DNA of 32,000 nucleotides from Candidatus Thorarchaeota archaeon (GCA_048882505.1 JBHLRO010000017.1:55365-87364); one strand, 5' to 3'; positions 1-12,300 are shown, counted from the stretch's first letter. The notes: generated by a model from the sequence alone, not told the origin. Program-made: numbers and translations.

Positions 1-1093
1 GAACTGCTCCCCTTTTCGTGCGACCTTCGGCCATCATAGTGGCAACGATTGCTGCATCCCAACCCGTAGTACGTTGCATCGCAGTAAATCCGGTTGATTC
101 GTCATAAAAGTCGATAAGATCGATTTGAGCTTTTGCCTTTCTTCCCTCCTTTAATCCACAGCATATAACACGTATAACAACAACATCTTTGTCATCAGGA
201 AACGTTACGAGGGGTTCTAGTAGCTTTGCCAGAAGTTTCCGAGGTGACACGCTTACGTTTCCCAAATTGATCTTTTCCGGGCTAAATAATCCCAAGTCAT
301 GCATTGTTTTTAGCTGGGAGTAATGTCCTGGATATCGTACAGTCTTGTTTTGGTATGTTTTTAGCTTGCCCTTGAAAGTTCGTGGGGCAGTTGAGGTTCC
401 TCCTGCTGTAGTGAATGCCTCGAGTTTTCCTAGGGGGGAAGGGAATTCAATTTCCTCTAATTCTAGAAAACACGGAACCTCGATGATTTCACCGTTTCTA
501 AGGAATTCGGTTGTTCCATAATATTCATTTATCAGTCCATTAACATGGAAAGTTAAGGAGTAATTGAAAGGAGGTCGTGGATTCTGCGGAAGACCCCCAT
601 CCCACATAAATATTTCTTCTGGCGTATCTAATAGACTCATAGCATATACACAAAGGCTGGTGCCCATCCCAGGAACTTGTCCGCAATCTGGGATAATTGA
701 TATTCCGGCTTCTTTAGCTTGCGGATCCAATTCCAGTTCCTTCTTAACAAGATCCGTGTTACCGCCCAGATCACACATATTTGTTCGCGTTGCGATTGCT
801 CCCTTGGCAATTCCAAGATTATAGTAGTAAGGTACAGCGCTTACGACTGTATTTACTCCAGAAAGAAACTCAGATAATTTAGCTTTATCTTCAACATTGA
901 TTTGGGCTGGTTTTACGATATCCGTGTCTAGGAGATCGTTAACCCTTGAGGAAGCTTGTATCGCGGCAATAAGATTGAGATCACCAATTTTAAGCTTCTC
1001 GGCCTTGCCATATTTCGCTAAATCATAGGCTGCTGCCGTACCCTGACGGCCCGCCCCGAGAATCGCAAAAGTGCGGCCACTTGCTTTAACCAT
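1..1093 (-). CDS. Saccharopine dehydrogenase / L-lysine 6-dehydrogenase family NAD(P)-dependent oxidoreductase (3' end runs off the left edge; absent from the ORF track)
   Basis: Manual translation from ATG at 1093: MVKASGRTFAILGAGRQGTAAAYDL (Rossmann GxGxxG), VVSAVPYYYN, MCDLGGN, IIPDCGQVPGMG, GGLPQNPRPPFNYSLTFHVNGLINEY, LEAFTTAGG, NKTVRYPGH, FTAMQRTTGW. The frame is open to position 2. Confidence 0.9.
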   Translation of the reverse strand, partial: MVKASGRTFAILGAGRQGTAAAYDLAKYGKAEKLKIGDLNLIAAIQASSRVNDLLDTDIVKPAQINVEDKAKLSEFLSGVNTVVSAVPYYYNLGIAKGAIATRTNMCDLGGNTDLVKKELELDPQAKEAGISIIPDCGQVPGMGTSLCVYAMSLLDTPEEIFMWDGGLPQNPRPPFNYSLTFHVNGLINEYYGTTEFLRNGEIIEVPCFLELEEIEFPSPLGKLEAFTTAGGTSTAPRTFKGKLKTYQNKTVRYPGHYSQLKTMHDLGLFSPEKINLGNVSVSPRKLLAKLLEPLVTFPDDKDVVVIRVICCGLKEGRKAKAQIDLIDFYDESTGFTAMQRTTGWDAAIVATMMAEGRTKRGAV

Positions 1094-1109
1094 TTTCGTG
1101 TTCCTTCCA

Positions 1110-2225
1110 TCAGTCTGGATGACCATTGCCACTCCTCCTTTGCCAGGCGATGCTGCCCAACACCTCGACGAAAAGACGAGCGCATAATTGTCCTGAGATT
1201 CCAGTAGGCGAATCGTACTGGGGCCCCAGGCAGCAAATATCGAATCCGTTTATCAGCTTCGTCCTACCTATCCTTCTTAGGGCAGAAATAATTTCTCGTG
1301 ACGACAGTCCACCCGGTTCTGGATATTTCTGAGCAGGGCAGAAAGCTGGATCCATTACATCTATATCCAGGGAAATATAAAGCGAATCAGTGTTTTTACT
1401 GGCAATAGTCAGGGCCCGCTCAATGATCGCTAGTATGCCATCCCTTTCAATTTCGGCCATGGTAAAGAAGCTGAGTCCCAATTCCTCTGCAACATATTTT
1501 TCGTGAACCTGGTTTCTCAACCCTCTAATTCCAATAGAACAATAGTTTGCAGGATTCACATTTTCTAGCTCAAGAAGTCGGACCCATTGCGATGCTGCGG
1601 AAAATTCGGGATCGTAATAGAGATCAAAATGCGAATCAAAAGTGATAATTCCAATATTCCCCCGTGTATGATTGGTGAGCGCTTTTACCGCAGGTAATGG
1701 AATTGCATGGTCCCCTCCTGCGATCAGCGGAATCACTCCAGCTTCATACACCCCAGATATGGCGTTATAACAGCGTTCAAGAGAAGTTTCTGGATCGGAA
1801 ATAATCACTTCGACATTTCCATGATCTACAGCATTAATATGATCAAAAAGAATGAAATTCGTTCCGAGTTCAGGAAAATATCCCCATCCATGATTGTACG
1901 AATAAAAAACAGAGTACTTACGAATGTGATCAGGGGCCTGATCCGCACCCGTCCGGTAGTATATTGAGTTAGGGAAAGCAGGCGATGCGGTCGCAGGTAA
2001 GATTGTCCAAGGATCTTGGTATTTCAATCCCTCCCAAGGAATGCCAAGGAATGCCACATCAGTATTCTTCAGCTGTTTCCCGCTTTGAACATAAGGAAGT
2101 TCCATAAAAGTTGGTACATCATCATACAGGATCGCTTTTAATCGTCTTTCCGTCCTTTGTGGAATTCGACGTTCAGCTGCGGCATAAGCTTTATCCCACG
2201 AATCTTTAAGATCGATTTTAATCAC
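1110..2225 (-). CDS. Ureohydrolase (arginase/agmatinase family), probably with atypical substrate specificity
   Basis: Metal-ligand motifs GGDHAI, DSHFD and SLDIDVMDP, plus GIRG and PEPGG. GTG start. Ends 16 bp upstream of the dehydrogenase start, suggesting an operon. Confidence 0.9.
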   Translation of the reverse strand: MIKIDLKDSWDKAYAAAERRIPQRTERRLKAILYDDVPTFMELPYVQSGKQLKNTDVAFLGIPWEGLKYQDPWTILPATASPAFPNSIYYRTGADQAPDHIRKYSVFYSYNHGWGYFPELGTNFILFDHINAVDHGNVEVIISDPETSLERCYNAISGVYEAGVIPLIAGGDHAIPLPAVKALTNHTRGNIGIITFDSHFDLYYDPEFSAASQWVRLLELENVNPANYCSIGIRGLRNQVHEKYVAEELGLSFFTMAEIERDGILAIIERALTIASKNTDSLYISLDIDVMDPAFCPAQKYPEPGGLSSREIISALRRIGRTKLINGFDICCLGPQYDSPTGISGQLCARLFVEVLGSIAWQRRSGNGHPD

Positions 2226-2315
2226 CTAAACATATTTAGAGTGAACATTCACGCTGGGATTGACCTAAGTAAAATAGCTTTGTTTCCAAACATTATTGTC
2301 AGTGGAAGGCTGCAA

Positions 2316-2813
2316 ATGGACTCATTATATCTTCTAAAGTATTTATGCTATATGGTTGAAAATCAGACAAGGTGGGTTTGCCAAAACGTTACGGACGATG
2401 ATGCACGGTGGCGTCCAGAGAACAGCACCGCACCTGCAATCGGTTGGATTGTAGGGCATATTCTAGTCTGGCATGATTTAGCGTTTAACCATCGTTTTTG
2501 CGGAAACGCTACGATAACGGATGATCTGACTGCGGTCTTTGGTTTTGGAACTCCTGGAGACTTTCCACACCCTCACACCTTGAAATCCCTATTTGATTCG
2601 TTTGGTAAGATTAACAGTCAAATAGCCAAGACCTTAGAATCAAGAGACGAAGCCTGGTTAAACGCACAATTTGATTATACGGGATTTCCACAGCATTGGC
2701 ACGGAAAAAGCATTGGAAAAGGTTTTGTAATCGGTCTCAACCATTCTTTTACCCATACTGGACAAATTATCGAAATAAAAAGGCAAATGGGAAAGGTGGC
2801 ATGGGGAATTTAG
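2316..2813 (+). CDS. DinB/YfiT-like superfamily protein (four-helix bundle, putative metal-binding)
   Basis: RWRPENSTAPAIGWIVGHILVWHD and C-terminal HSFTHTGQI motifs. Start moved from 2157 (which overlaps the opposite-strand gene) to the in-frame ATG at 2316. Confidence 0.75.
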   Translation: MDSLYLLKYLCYMVENQTRWVCQNVTDDDARWRPENSTAPAIGWIVGHILVWHDLAFNHRFCGNATITDDLTAVFGFGTPGDFPHPHTLKSLFDSFGKINSQIAKTLESRDEAWLNAQFDYTGFPQHWHGKSIGKGFVIGLNHSFTHTGQIIEIKRQMGKVAWGI

Positions 2814-3119
2814 AGTCTCCCAGCTTGTCCGAGTTTGGCGGCATCTGACGTAAAAAGACTGGAATCTGCTTTATTATCCTCCTAACGGTTTCTCTCGGCC
2901 TTTATTTGATGTAAACATCAGTATACGATATTAATAGGCTAGAAGCGTCAGTTGTTTTACTTTGGTGACTAGTCCAATTTATTGTATGCCATTGAGGGAT
3001 GTGGATTCGATTTTAAAACGGATACGAAGGGTTTGGAAAATATCGATTTTTTTTTTGGTTGAAAATCACCTTGGTAAAAAAAACGAAATTTCATGTTTCT
3101 TACTAAGATAGGTTTTATG

Positions 3120-3138
3120 AATTACGATATTCGTAATT
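3120..3138. promoter_or_regulatory. Perfect 8-3-8 inverted repeat, candidate operator upstream of the giant surface protein gene
   Basis: AATTACGA-TAT-TCGTAATT in an AT-rich 500-bp intergenic region, about 175 bp before the ATG at 3314. Confidence 0.45.
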
Positions 3139-3313
3139 AGTTATTAAAAAACGATAGTTAATAGAATAGATTATTTAGCTACCCTAATAACCTATTGATT
3201 GGGTCGCCATCCATCAGAGAGAAAAACCTGATCGATCTAACTATCAGAACAATTGGCAGCCTCCAGCCTCCGTAGATATGTTAGAATTGATCGTTTTTGG
3301 AATGGTGTAATAC

Positions 3314-6300
3314 ATGATAAGAAACGCCGTTAAGCTGTCACTCTGCATCATCTTTCTCAGTATTTTCATTATACAGACACTTTCAAGTGGTTTCGATCTG
3401 GCCGAAAACGAATCTCCCGTTCTTAAGCCGGTCCAAGTGTCGGCATTACGAGGCGATATTCCTGTAGAAATTAATGCTTTCACAAAGAGAATAAAAGCGA
3501 ATTCCAAGGTTCAAAAATCAGAGGGGAGTATTCAATCTGATTCTGGCGACTCCAATCCATTTTCTCCTATACATTCAAAGGTCGCGGGAACCGGAACTTT
3601 TATTGAGGATTATATCGATAATCATAATTCCGATGTCGATTCTCTTGCGGACTCTGGCAATTTAACAGACTTCGATAACATGAAAGACACGGATAGTGTT
3701 TTTGCCAATCTGTCAGAGACTACTGATTTAATAAGCGGTTCTTTTGGTCATGGAGTGGGAGTAGGCAACGAAGCCGCAACAGCAGATAACGGTCTGTATT
3801 ATGTTTACGAAGGAGATGGAACACCCACCACCTTTTATATTGATGGAGTCGTTGATAGCATCTTTATTGATATCGCGCAAAACTTTGGTGGAGTCTTAGA
3901 TTTTTATTTAGGGACCATTTCAGGGAGTACATTTAGTTTTCACCAATACAACCCTATTGCTTCAGTTGACGTTAGTGGTAAGGGGACAGGATGGATGGAA
4001 TTTACTGCACCAGCAGATTTTACTGCGTTTAATGTCAATCAAGGTGACGTACTAGCATTCTATTCTGCCATGGAGGATGCATATATTGGTAGATCCACAT
4101 CAGGGAGCTATCTGCAGTACGGGTATACTACCGTCAATGATCCGTTCAGTACTCCTCAACCAATCACTATGGGCAGCGTTGCAAGAAGAATCGAGATTTC
4201 TGTCCCCGTTACTGGCAGTTCATCCGATTATCATCTTGATCAGGAGGTTCAGTTTGAGAATGTGTACAACTCTTCACTTATTGACGAGGAATTGAGAATC
4301 AAAACGGGAGTTTTTAGTACGGGGTCTGAAAACCTAAATGTCTCATACTGGGACGGAAATTCTTGGCAGCTAATTACTTCAAGCTTAACTGCCTCGTCAT
4401 GGAACAATTTCACGCTAAGCGATATTTCGGTGACTGAGCCGTACTTCACCATTAAATTCGGAGGGGCACAGACAACAGCAGACAGCATACAAGATTGGTG
4501 GATGATCGACGCTGTCCTAGTTTACGTTGAACAGCATATAGCTACCACAATAGAGGATTATATCGATATACAGAGCGATATGGATTCCAGTCCTGATCTC
4601 GGTTCACATGACACATTTGCCGATTTACTAACAACTGACTCAGTGTATAATAACATCAGTGAAAGCGAGCCTGCCCCGTACATAAACTCTACCCTAATTG
4701 ATACGGAATCTTTTGAAGGATCCTGGCCCCCATTCGGTTGGACTGAGTCAGGATTTACCAACTGGAACAAAGAAAACAATGCTGCCTATGACGGAGTCTA
4801 TTCAGCAGATTTTGATGGTGCTGATCCCGGCCAATCTGGTTATCTATATACTCCAGTACTGGATGCATCCGATGCAGTTGCCATATATCTTGAATTTTGG
4901 TGGCGGGATACAGCCCTTGATTTTAACGAGTTTATTCTGGAGTTATACAATGGGACAAATTGGATTTCCTATCAAGACATGAATTCTCTCCCACATGCCG
5001 AGAACACCTGGATTTTTTATTCCGAACAGATAACGGATAGCCAGTATTTCGTCTCAACTTTCCAGATTCGATGGAGAGCAAACGATGTCGAGAGTTTTGA
5101 AACTGCCTACCTCGATTTCGTTACAGTAACTAAAAAAATCAATAATCCTTTATCAGGCTATCAATTAGATTTAGAGGTTCAATTTACTGGTGTTTATGAT
5201 TCTCCTATTATGATTGAGGAATTATCTATAAAAACGGGTACATTTGGAGGAACTGAGGATCTAAACGTTACCTATTGGGATGGAAGCTCTTGGCAGTTAA
5301 TTACTTCAAGTTTGACTGCTTCTACGTGGAATAATTTCACGATTTCCCTTACTAGCCCCACTTTCACAATCAAGTTCGGTGGTTCAACAACCTCTTCAGA
5401 TAATACCCAAAACTGGTGGGAAATCGATTCGGTTTTGCTCAAGGTGGAGAGTCCAGAAGATACGTTAGGTAAGGATTCCGGTTTTATTTGGCTTGATGCC
5501 CCTGATGAGATAGATTTAGGAACATCTTACAGCTCTTGGGTTCAGCAGGATATATCAGATGATAGTGTTCCCAGTTCCGCGACAGGAGTCATTCTAGCCT
5601 GGGTATCGGATAGTCTGGTGGACAATCATGCGGTAGCTAGAGGTTCGCAGGACACGAATGACTACATGAATGGGGGTTCAATATACTCAGAATTTGAAGA
5701 TGAAACCTGGAGAATGCAGGTAGTTAAGCTCAGTGGCCATCGGTATATTGATACGTGGCGTGAATCTGCAACTGAAAGACTTTACGTAATGGGTTATACT
5801 GTAGGATCAGATCCGCGGTTTAGAAGAGTAGCTGCTGATTTGGGCGGTCTGACGGCCGACTCATCTTGGAATAGCGTAACTGTAACGGACGTCGATGAAA
5901 ATACGACTGGTGTAATCATCTTAGGCCAATCAACCTCAAGTATTGACTCAACAATCTTAGTGAGAGCAGTGGGTTCCACGGACTCTATGATTGCAAGAGA
6001 ATGGCAAGAGTTTAATATGGGAGTATTTTTCGTGGAAATTGATGGAAACGATCAATTTGATTATTATATTACGGAAGGAACATCAGCCAATTTTTACCTG
6101 ATTGCAGAAGCAAAGGATAGTATTGATTGGTTAAGTACAAATCGAATTGATATTTCAGCAACGGCGACAGGATGGACAGTACGAGACCTGGACAGTTATA
6201 CTGCTTCGATACCATTGGATACTTCAGGGGTCATTTTACAACACGAATCAATAGGTACAGGGGGTAGTGATTATAGAAATATAGCACGAGCGTATGGTCA

Positions 6301-9300
6301 AACATGGACTCTACCCGATTATGATGTAGGCGGGGATACCTGGATGATGGCAGGCAGTGGAATTGATTCACAAAACCGAATCCAAATTTACGCAGAATTC
6401 TTAGAACAAGATGTTTATATTCATGCTTTGACCCGATTCAGTGATAGAAGTTCCCCAGTAGTTGAAAATTTTGGTGTAGATGATCCGGGAACTGGTACTG
6501 CGACGTTTTGGGCCGATTTAACAGATCAATCTGGTGTTAATACCGTTACGATTACGGTTAATGGTACTGATTATCAAATGAGCTATAACGGTTCCTTTTG
6601 GATAAAGGATTTGACTGTGAAATGGCAAAAGGTATATTCTTATCAAATAACCAATGCCTCTGATATCTTCGGGAATTTCTTAACAGCGCCATCAGGAACG
6701 CAGGATTATTCGTTTGACTATGATTCTACCGTGCCAATTGTTATTGATTGGGAATATTATCAGGGAGCTGATGGGACATGGGATGATCAAAACAATACTT
6801 TCATAGCGAATGTTAGTGATTCGTGGGGTGAGATTGACACTGTAATATTTGAAGTAACCACGCATTCTCTCACCGCAGCCATGGTTCAGTACTTCAATTT
6901 TTCTGGTATATTGGCATTTCGCAATAATTCTCTCGACTTGCCGAACGGAGGAATAAATTTCCGGATAATTGTAAACGACACTTCTGGCAATGGAGTTACT
7001 TCTTCTACTCATTCAGGATCAGTATTTTACAACCATCCTCCGTTCGCTTATGATCTCACTTTGACTTCGGCCCCTTATTATAGTAATTCCACCCTAAATC
7101 TTGCATATACTTACTGGGACGAAGATTCGCACCCACAGAGCGGAACTGAGATTCGCTGGTATAAAAATGGACTCTTGCAGGGCGAACATAACAATTCCCT
7201 GGTGATAGGTGCCGTTTACCTCTTTGATGGGGACGAGTGGAATGCAACCGTGAGGCCTAAAGACGGGACGTTGTTTGGTCAATTAAATTATTCTTCCACG
7301 ATCACAGTCTCAAATACCCCTCCTACATTTTCGAATCTAAATATACTACCCATTAACCCTGTGACAACTTCTACCCTACTTGTGGATTACGATTATTTTG
7401 ATTATGATGGAAACAATGAAAATTTCACTCTTCGTCAAATTGAATGGTATAAAGTTGGAACGGGACATCTAGTTGCATTCGATGACCAAGCATCCATATC
7501 CTCCATCAATACCGTTAAGGGTGAAGAGTATTATGCACGGGTCCGAGTCAGCGATGGAAGAGCATATTCTGTTTGGATGATAAGCTCCACGATCATAATT
7601 GGAAACAGCCACCCAAGTGCGGTCAACTTATCATTACCTATAAATCCCACCAATGTAACAGATTTGACCGCCACATGGGATATGCAGGACGATGATACTA
7701 GTGATGTTGAAAACAAAAGCGCCGCAATAATCTACTGGTATAAAAACGGAGTTCTACAATCCTCTTGGACCAACTCAACAGCCATTGGATCAGGAAATAC
7801 CTCAAAGGGACAAATCTGGTGGTTTGAGATAAGAATTTTTGATGGAGAAGAGTACTCGGCTATTACGGAACTGACTCCCCATATAGAAATCCTTAATTCA
7901 ATTCCTACCGTAGGGAATGTCATTATCACAACATCCAGTCCAGTCACAACCGATGATTTAGCCATTGGAACTTGGAGTTATAGCGATGAAGACAATGATA
8001 CGGAAGACACGCCTATTATCCACTGGTACCTTGATGGCAACCTCCAATCAACGTATGATGGCTATACCTCTTTGCCATCTATAGCGACTGCCAAAGGGGA
8101 CAATTGGCACTTTGGAATCCGAACTTACGATGGATCTGCATACTCCTTTCAAGTCAATTCATCTCCAGTCCTAATTCTCAATACAGCACCCGAGGTGGGA
8201 TCACCGGCAATTACCCTTGCTCCCACCACAACTGAGGATCTGATTGCAAGCTGGACGTATAATGATAATGACACAGACGGGTTAACCTTCGACGTGGCGT
8301 GGTATCTTAACGGCGTGTTCAATTCGAGTTGGAGTGTTACAGCAAACAATGCAATATTAAATGCTGGCAATACTTCTAAAAACCAGATGTGGTACTTCAC
8401 AGTCCAAGCTTACGATGGCGAAGAATTCTCAATCCTTCTCTCATTAGAATTTAACGTTACGATCCTAAATTCTCTACCAACAGTTTCTAATCCCACATTT
8501 AATAACACTAGTCCCGCAACTAATGATGATTTCAATATAACATATACCTATCTAGATGACGACGGGGATGCGGAGATCACTTCCGAACTAATCGTATATT
8601 GGTACGTAGATTGGGTTTATCAATCCCAATATGAGAACTTCACAGCAATATCCAATCAAGACACTCAAACTGACGAGGTATGGTATTATGTGCTTCGTGT
8701 CTTTGATGGATTTAGCTACAGTAATAACTACACGTCATTAACTGGAATCATCATAGGCGGCGGGATAAATTCGAAGCCAATAGCTGAAAATTTAACTCTA
8801 ACACCTTCAATGCCCGTGACAAGTGATGATCTGACGGCCTCATATGACTATTTCGATCCAGAGAGCAATGAACAGATTGCGTTCGAAATCATATGGTACC
8901 TCGATAATGCCGCTCAACCGCAATATCAGACACTAACAGTTCCTGCTAGTGCCACCACCAAAGGAGACCAATGGAATTTCACAATTAGAGTGTTTGACGG
9001 GTTACAATGGAGTGACCTTAATAGTTCAGCGGTTTATGTCATTGGTAATACGGCGCCCCAGGTCAGCGGATTAAGCGCCGCCCCAAATCCAACTACCACG
9101 GATGATCTGGTCGTGAGCTGGATTTCGGTTGATGAAGATTTAGATAGTTTGACGTTTAATGTAACTTGGATATTAAATGGAGTAATCAACTCAAGCTGGT
9201 GGACTCCTGACCATTTTGCAACCTTAATGGCAGGAAATACCACAAAAGGGGATAACTGGAATGTAACTGTTGAAGCATACGATGGTGATAACGGGTATTC

Positions 9301-12300
9301 CCCAATCATAACGCTTGCAAGTAATATCACGATCCTCAACACTATTCCGGAAGCAGAAAACTTAACTCTGACTTTAGGCCCCAGGACTGGTGATGATTTA
9401 ACCGCAACCTGGGATTATTCTGACATTGATGGTGACACACAAAATACTAGCGCCACAATCATTTATTGGTATAAGAATGGTGATCTACAATCCTTATTGA
9501 CCAATTTAACCACAGTAGGATATGGCAATACTTCTAAAGGACAAGTTTGGTGGTTTAAAGTCAAGGTTTACGATGATGAAGATTATTCTGTGTTATACGA
9601 GCTCCTCCCTCATATTGAAATCCAGAATACGGCACCAGTAAACGTCTCTGCTCTGCCTGTTCCTACAAACCCGACTAAAGAAAACGGAATCACTTTGTCT
9701 CTTTCGTCCATACTTTCCAGCTTTTATGACGCGGATGGAGGGGACAATATTGAAGTAGTTGAGATTCGTTGGTACAAGGGAGGTATCCCTCAAGTCAATT
9801 TAAATGATTCATTAACCGTTGCGGGATCTAAACTAACTAAAGGAGAAAACTGGTCGTATACGGTAATAGTATCCGATGGCTTTGAATCTGGGACTTTTGT
9901 AACTTCACCTGAATTTGAAATTGTAAACTCTGTTCCTACAATCTTGACCGCCTATATTGCAGAAACCAATGTAAGAACCATTCATAATCTAACGGCTGGT
10001 TATCTCTATGATGACGCTGATGGCGAATCTGTCAGCGTTTCGGAGATCAGATGGTATCGGTCAACTGATTTTATCAATTATTTCCTGATGGCTACTTATG
10101 ATGGTAATCTTAGTCTTCCCAACACAGCAACGACAAAGAATGAACGATGGAAGTTCAATATCACTATAACAGACGGATTTAATGAGTCAGTCTGGAAGTT
10201 ATCAGACTATATTGAAATTGAAAACAGTGTGCCATGGATTGATCCCTATAGTATTGCCTTAATCGGTGGTAGAACCACATCAGATTCCATATTGGTAACC
10301 TATGCATGGTATGACGATGACGGAGACACGCAGAGTGGCACCACCTTTGCTTGGGAAAATAGTACACATATCTTATTACTGGACAATACGTTAGAATCGA
10401 TATATACAAGAGCAGGAGAAAGTTGGTCAGTTAGTATTACACCTGGAGACGGTACCAGTTTAGGACAAGTGGTTAATAGCAAATTTTACGGTGTAAATAT
10501 CATTATTGGCAATACTCCGCCAGAAATTCCTAATAATGAGATCAAGATCCAAGGTAACGATCCGAACAATGGATCCTATACTGATGGAATCGCCTTTGGT
10601 ACGAATTCAGATCTTGTAGTCCGCTACAACGTGACTGATATCGATGGTACCCAGGGAGTAGTTCTTTATGATGTTTTCATGGTTGGTGGGTACGCCTTAG
10701 GGTCTGATTATAGGTGGTTTAGAAATAGATCCGGCATCGTAACCCTAATTGTTGCACTCACTGGAATGACAACGGTTCCAGCTGCTCATACGGTAAGAGG
10801 TGATCTCTGGTGGGTGGAAGTTAAACCACAGGATTTACAGGGAGATTTTGGTACGGCCGTAAATTCAACAAAAATAGGCATTGCAAACACGGCACCTTAT
10901 TTAACTAGTGTATCATGGGAGCAATCCTCATTCTATACCAGTGACGACTTGTTGTTTACCTATAATTTTGGAGACCATGATCAATCGGATATTGAACAAG
11001 GTAGCATAATTGAATGGTACCGAGATGGAGTAAACCAAACCGGTTTCTTTAACTTCGTTAGTATTCCGTCTCAAAATACCACGAAGACCGAAGAATGGTT
11101 TGCCCGTATCAAGGTATATGATGGCAATCTGTTTAGCGCCTGGTATTACCTGCCAAATATCACGATTGCCAATACAGCTCCAGTTATTTCGAATATTATC
11201 CTAATTCCCCTATCAGCAACCGCAGATCAAGATCTCGTTGTTTCATGGAACTATACTGACGCTGATAACGACAGTCAACAGGTTCCAAGGATCCGTTGGT
11301 ATAAGAACGACGTATTACAATCCAACCTAAATAATTTGGACACCATTGATTCAGGAAATTTGAGCAAAAATGATTTCTGGTATGTTATCATAGAAGTCTA
11401 TGACGGGAATGCCTATTCTGCACAGCTAGCCTCTTCCAGTATCAATATCCTTAATTCACCTCCGATATTGACAAATGTGGTTCTCTGGAATAATAACGAT
11501 CGTTCAAACACAACCTTCTCCGATGGAAGTATTTCCATATATTATTTCAACTATACTGATGTTGATAATGATTTGATCGATCCTGCTGGCATCTATATTC
11601 AATGGTACCGTGATGGTATTTACCAATCTTTGTATGATAATCAAACTACTCTTTCAAGTGTTATTCTTCAAAAAGGCTATACCTGGTCTGCCATTATCCA
11701 AATAGTTGATATTGATGGAACTATATGGTCAAACAACCTTACTTCTCAAAGTATTTCTGTCATCAATAAGGCCCCTGATATTCTGGAGTTTTCTTATGTA
11801 GGTAACGAATATTCTGGATTTGTTGTTGAAGATGAAGGCATCAATATTTCCCTAGCAACCATTGATGTTGATATAGGTGATGATGACTTTTCATTCATAC
11901 ATTGGTATATCAATGGAGTTTATCAGTCACAATATGATAATATCATGCAAATTGAGCCTAATCACACGTCTCCTGGTGAGATTTGGACGGCAATTGTCAC
12001 TCCATCAGATGGAATAGATAATGGCACATCAAGGAACTTGGTAATACTTATAGAAAGCCGCCCCAAAATCGAAGATTTTGATATTGAAATTGAGCAAGAC
12101 ATTGACGGCCATTTCACCTTCAGTTTGAGAGTGAACGACTCTAGAAATGAAGTTTTAACAGTAGTGTATCAAATTACCCTCAACGGGACTGAACTCGATG
12201 TGACCGATATTCTTACTTCTGCAAATGGAACAGGTCACTGGATTTTTGATTATTATCTCTCAGATATAATATATTATGATACAGACGCTGTAATCAAGGT

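Noticed and set aside
564-1967. Short plus-strand ORFs (564..824, 1126..1332, 1707..1967) and minus-strand 1018..1236
   Set aside because: They are antisense or alternative-frame shadows of the well-supported dehydrogenase and ureohydrolase genes and carry no motifs.
2157-2315. N-terminal 53 aa of the 218-aa track ORF
   Set aside because: This part overlaps the start of the opposite-strand gene and covers the divergent promoter region; DinB-like sequence begins after the ATG at 2316.
3244-10482. Numerous short ORFs overlapping the giant gene
   Set aside because: These are expected antisense or off-frame ORFs within a long biased coding sequence.
7031-12058. Possible DNA-level tandem repeat or CRISPR-like array
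   Set aside because: Periodicity is at protein level only, with divergent DNA; there are no identical repeats with unique spacers and no cas genes.
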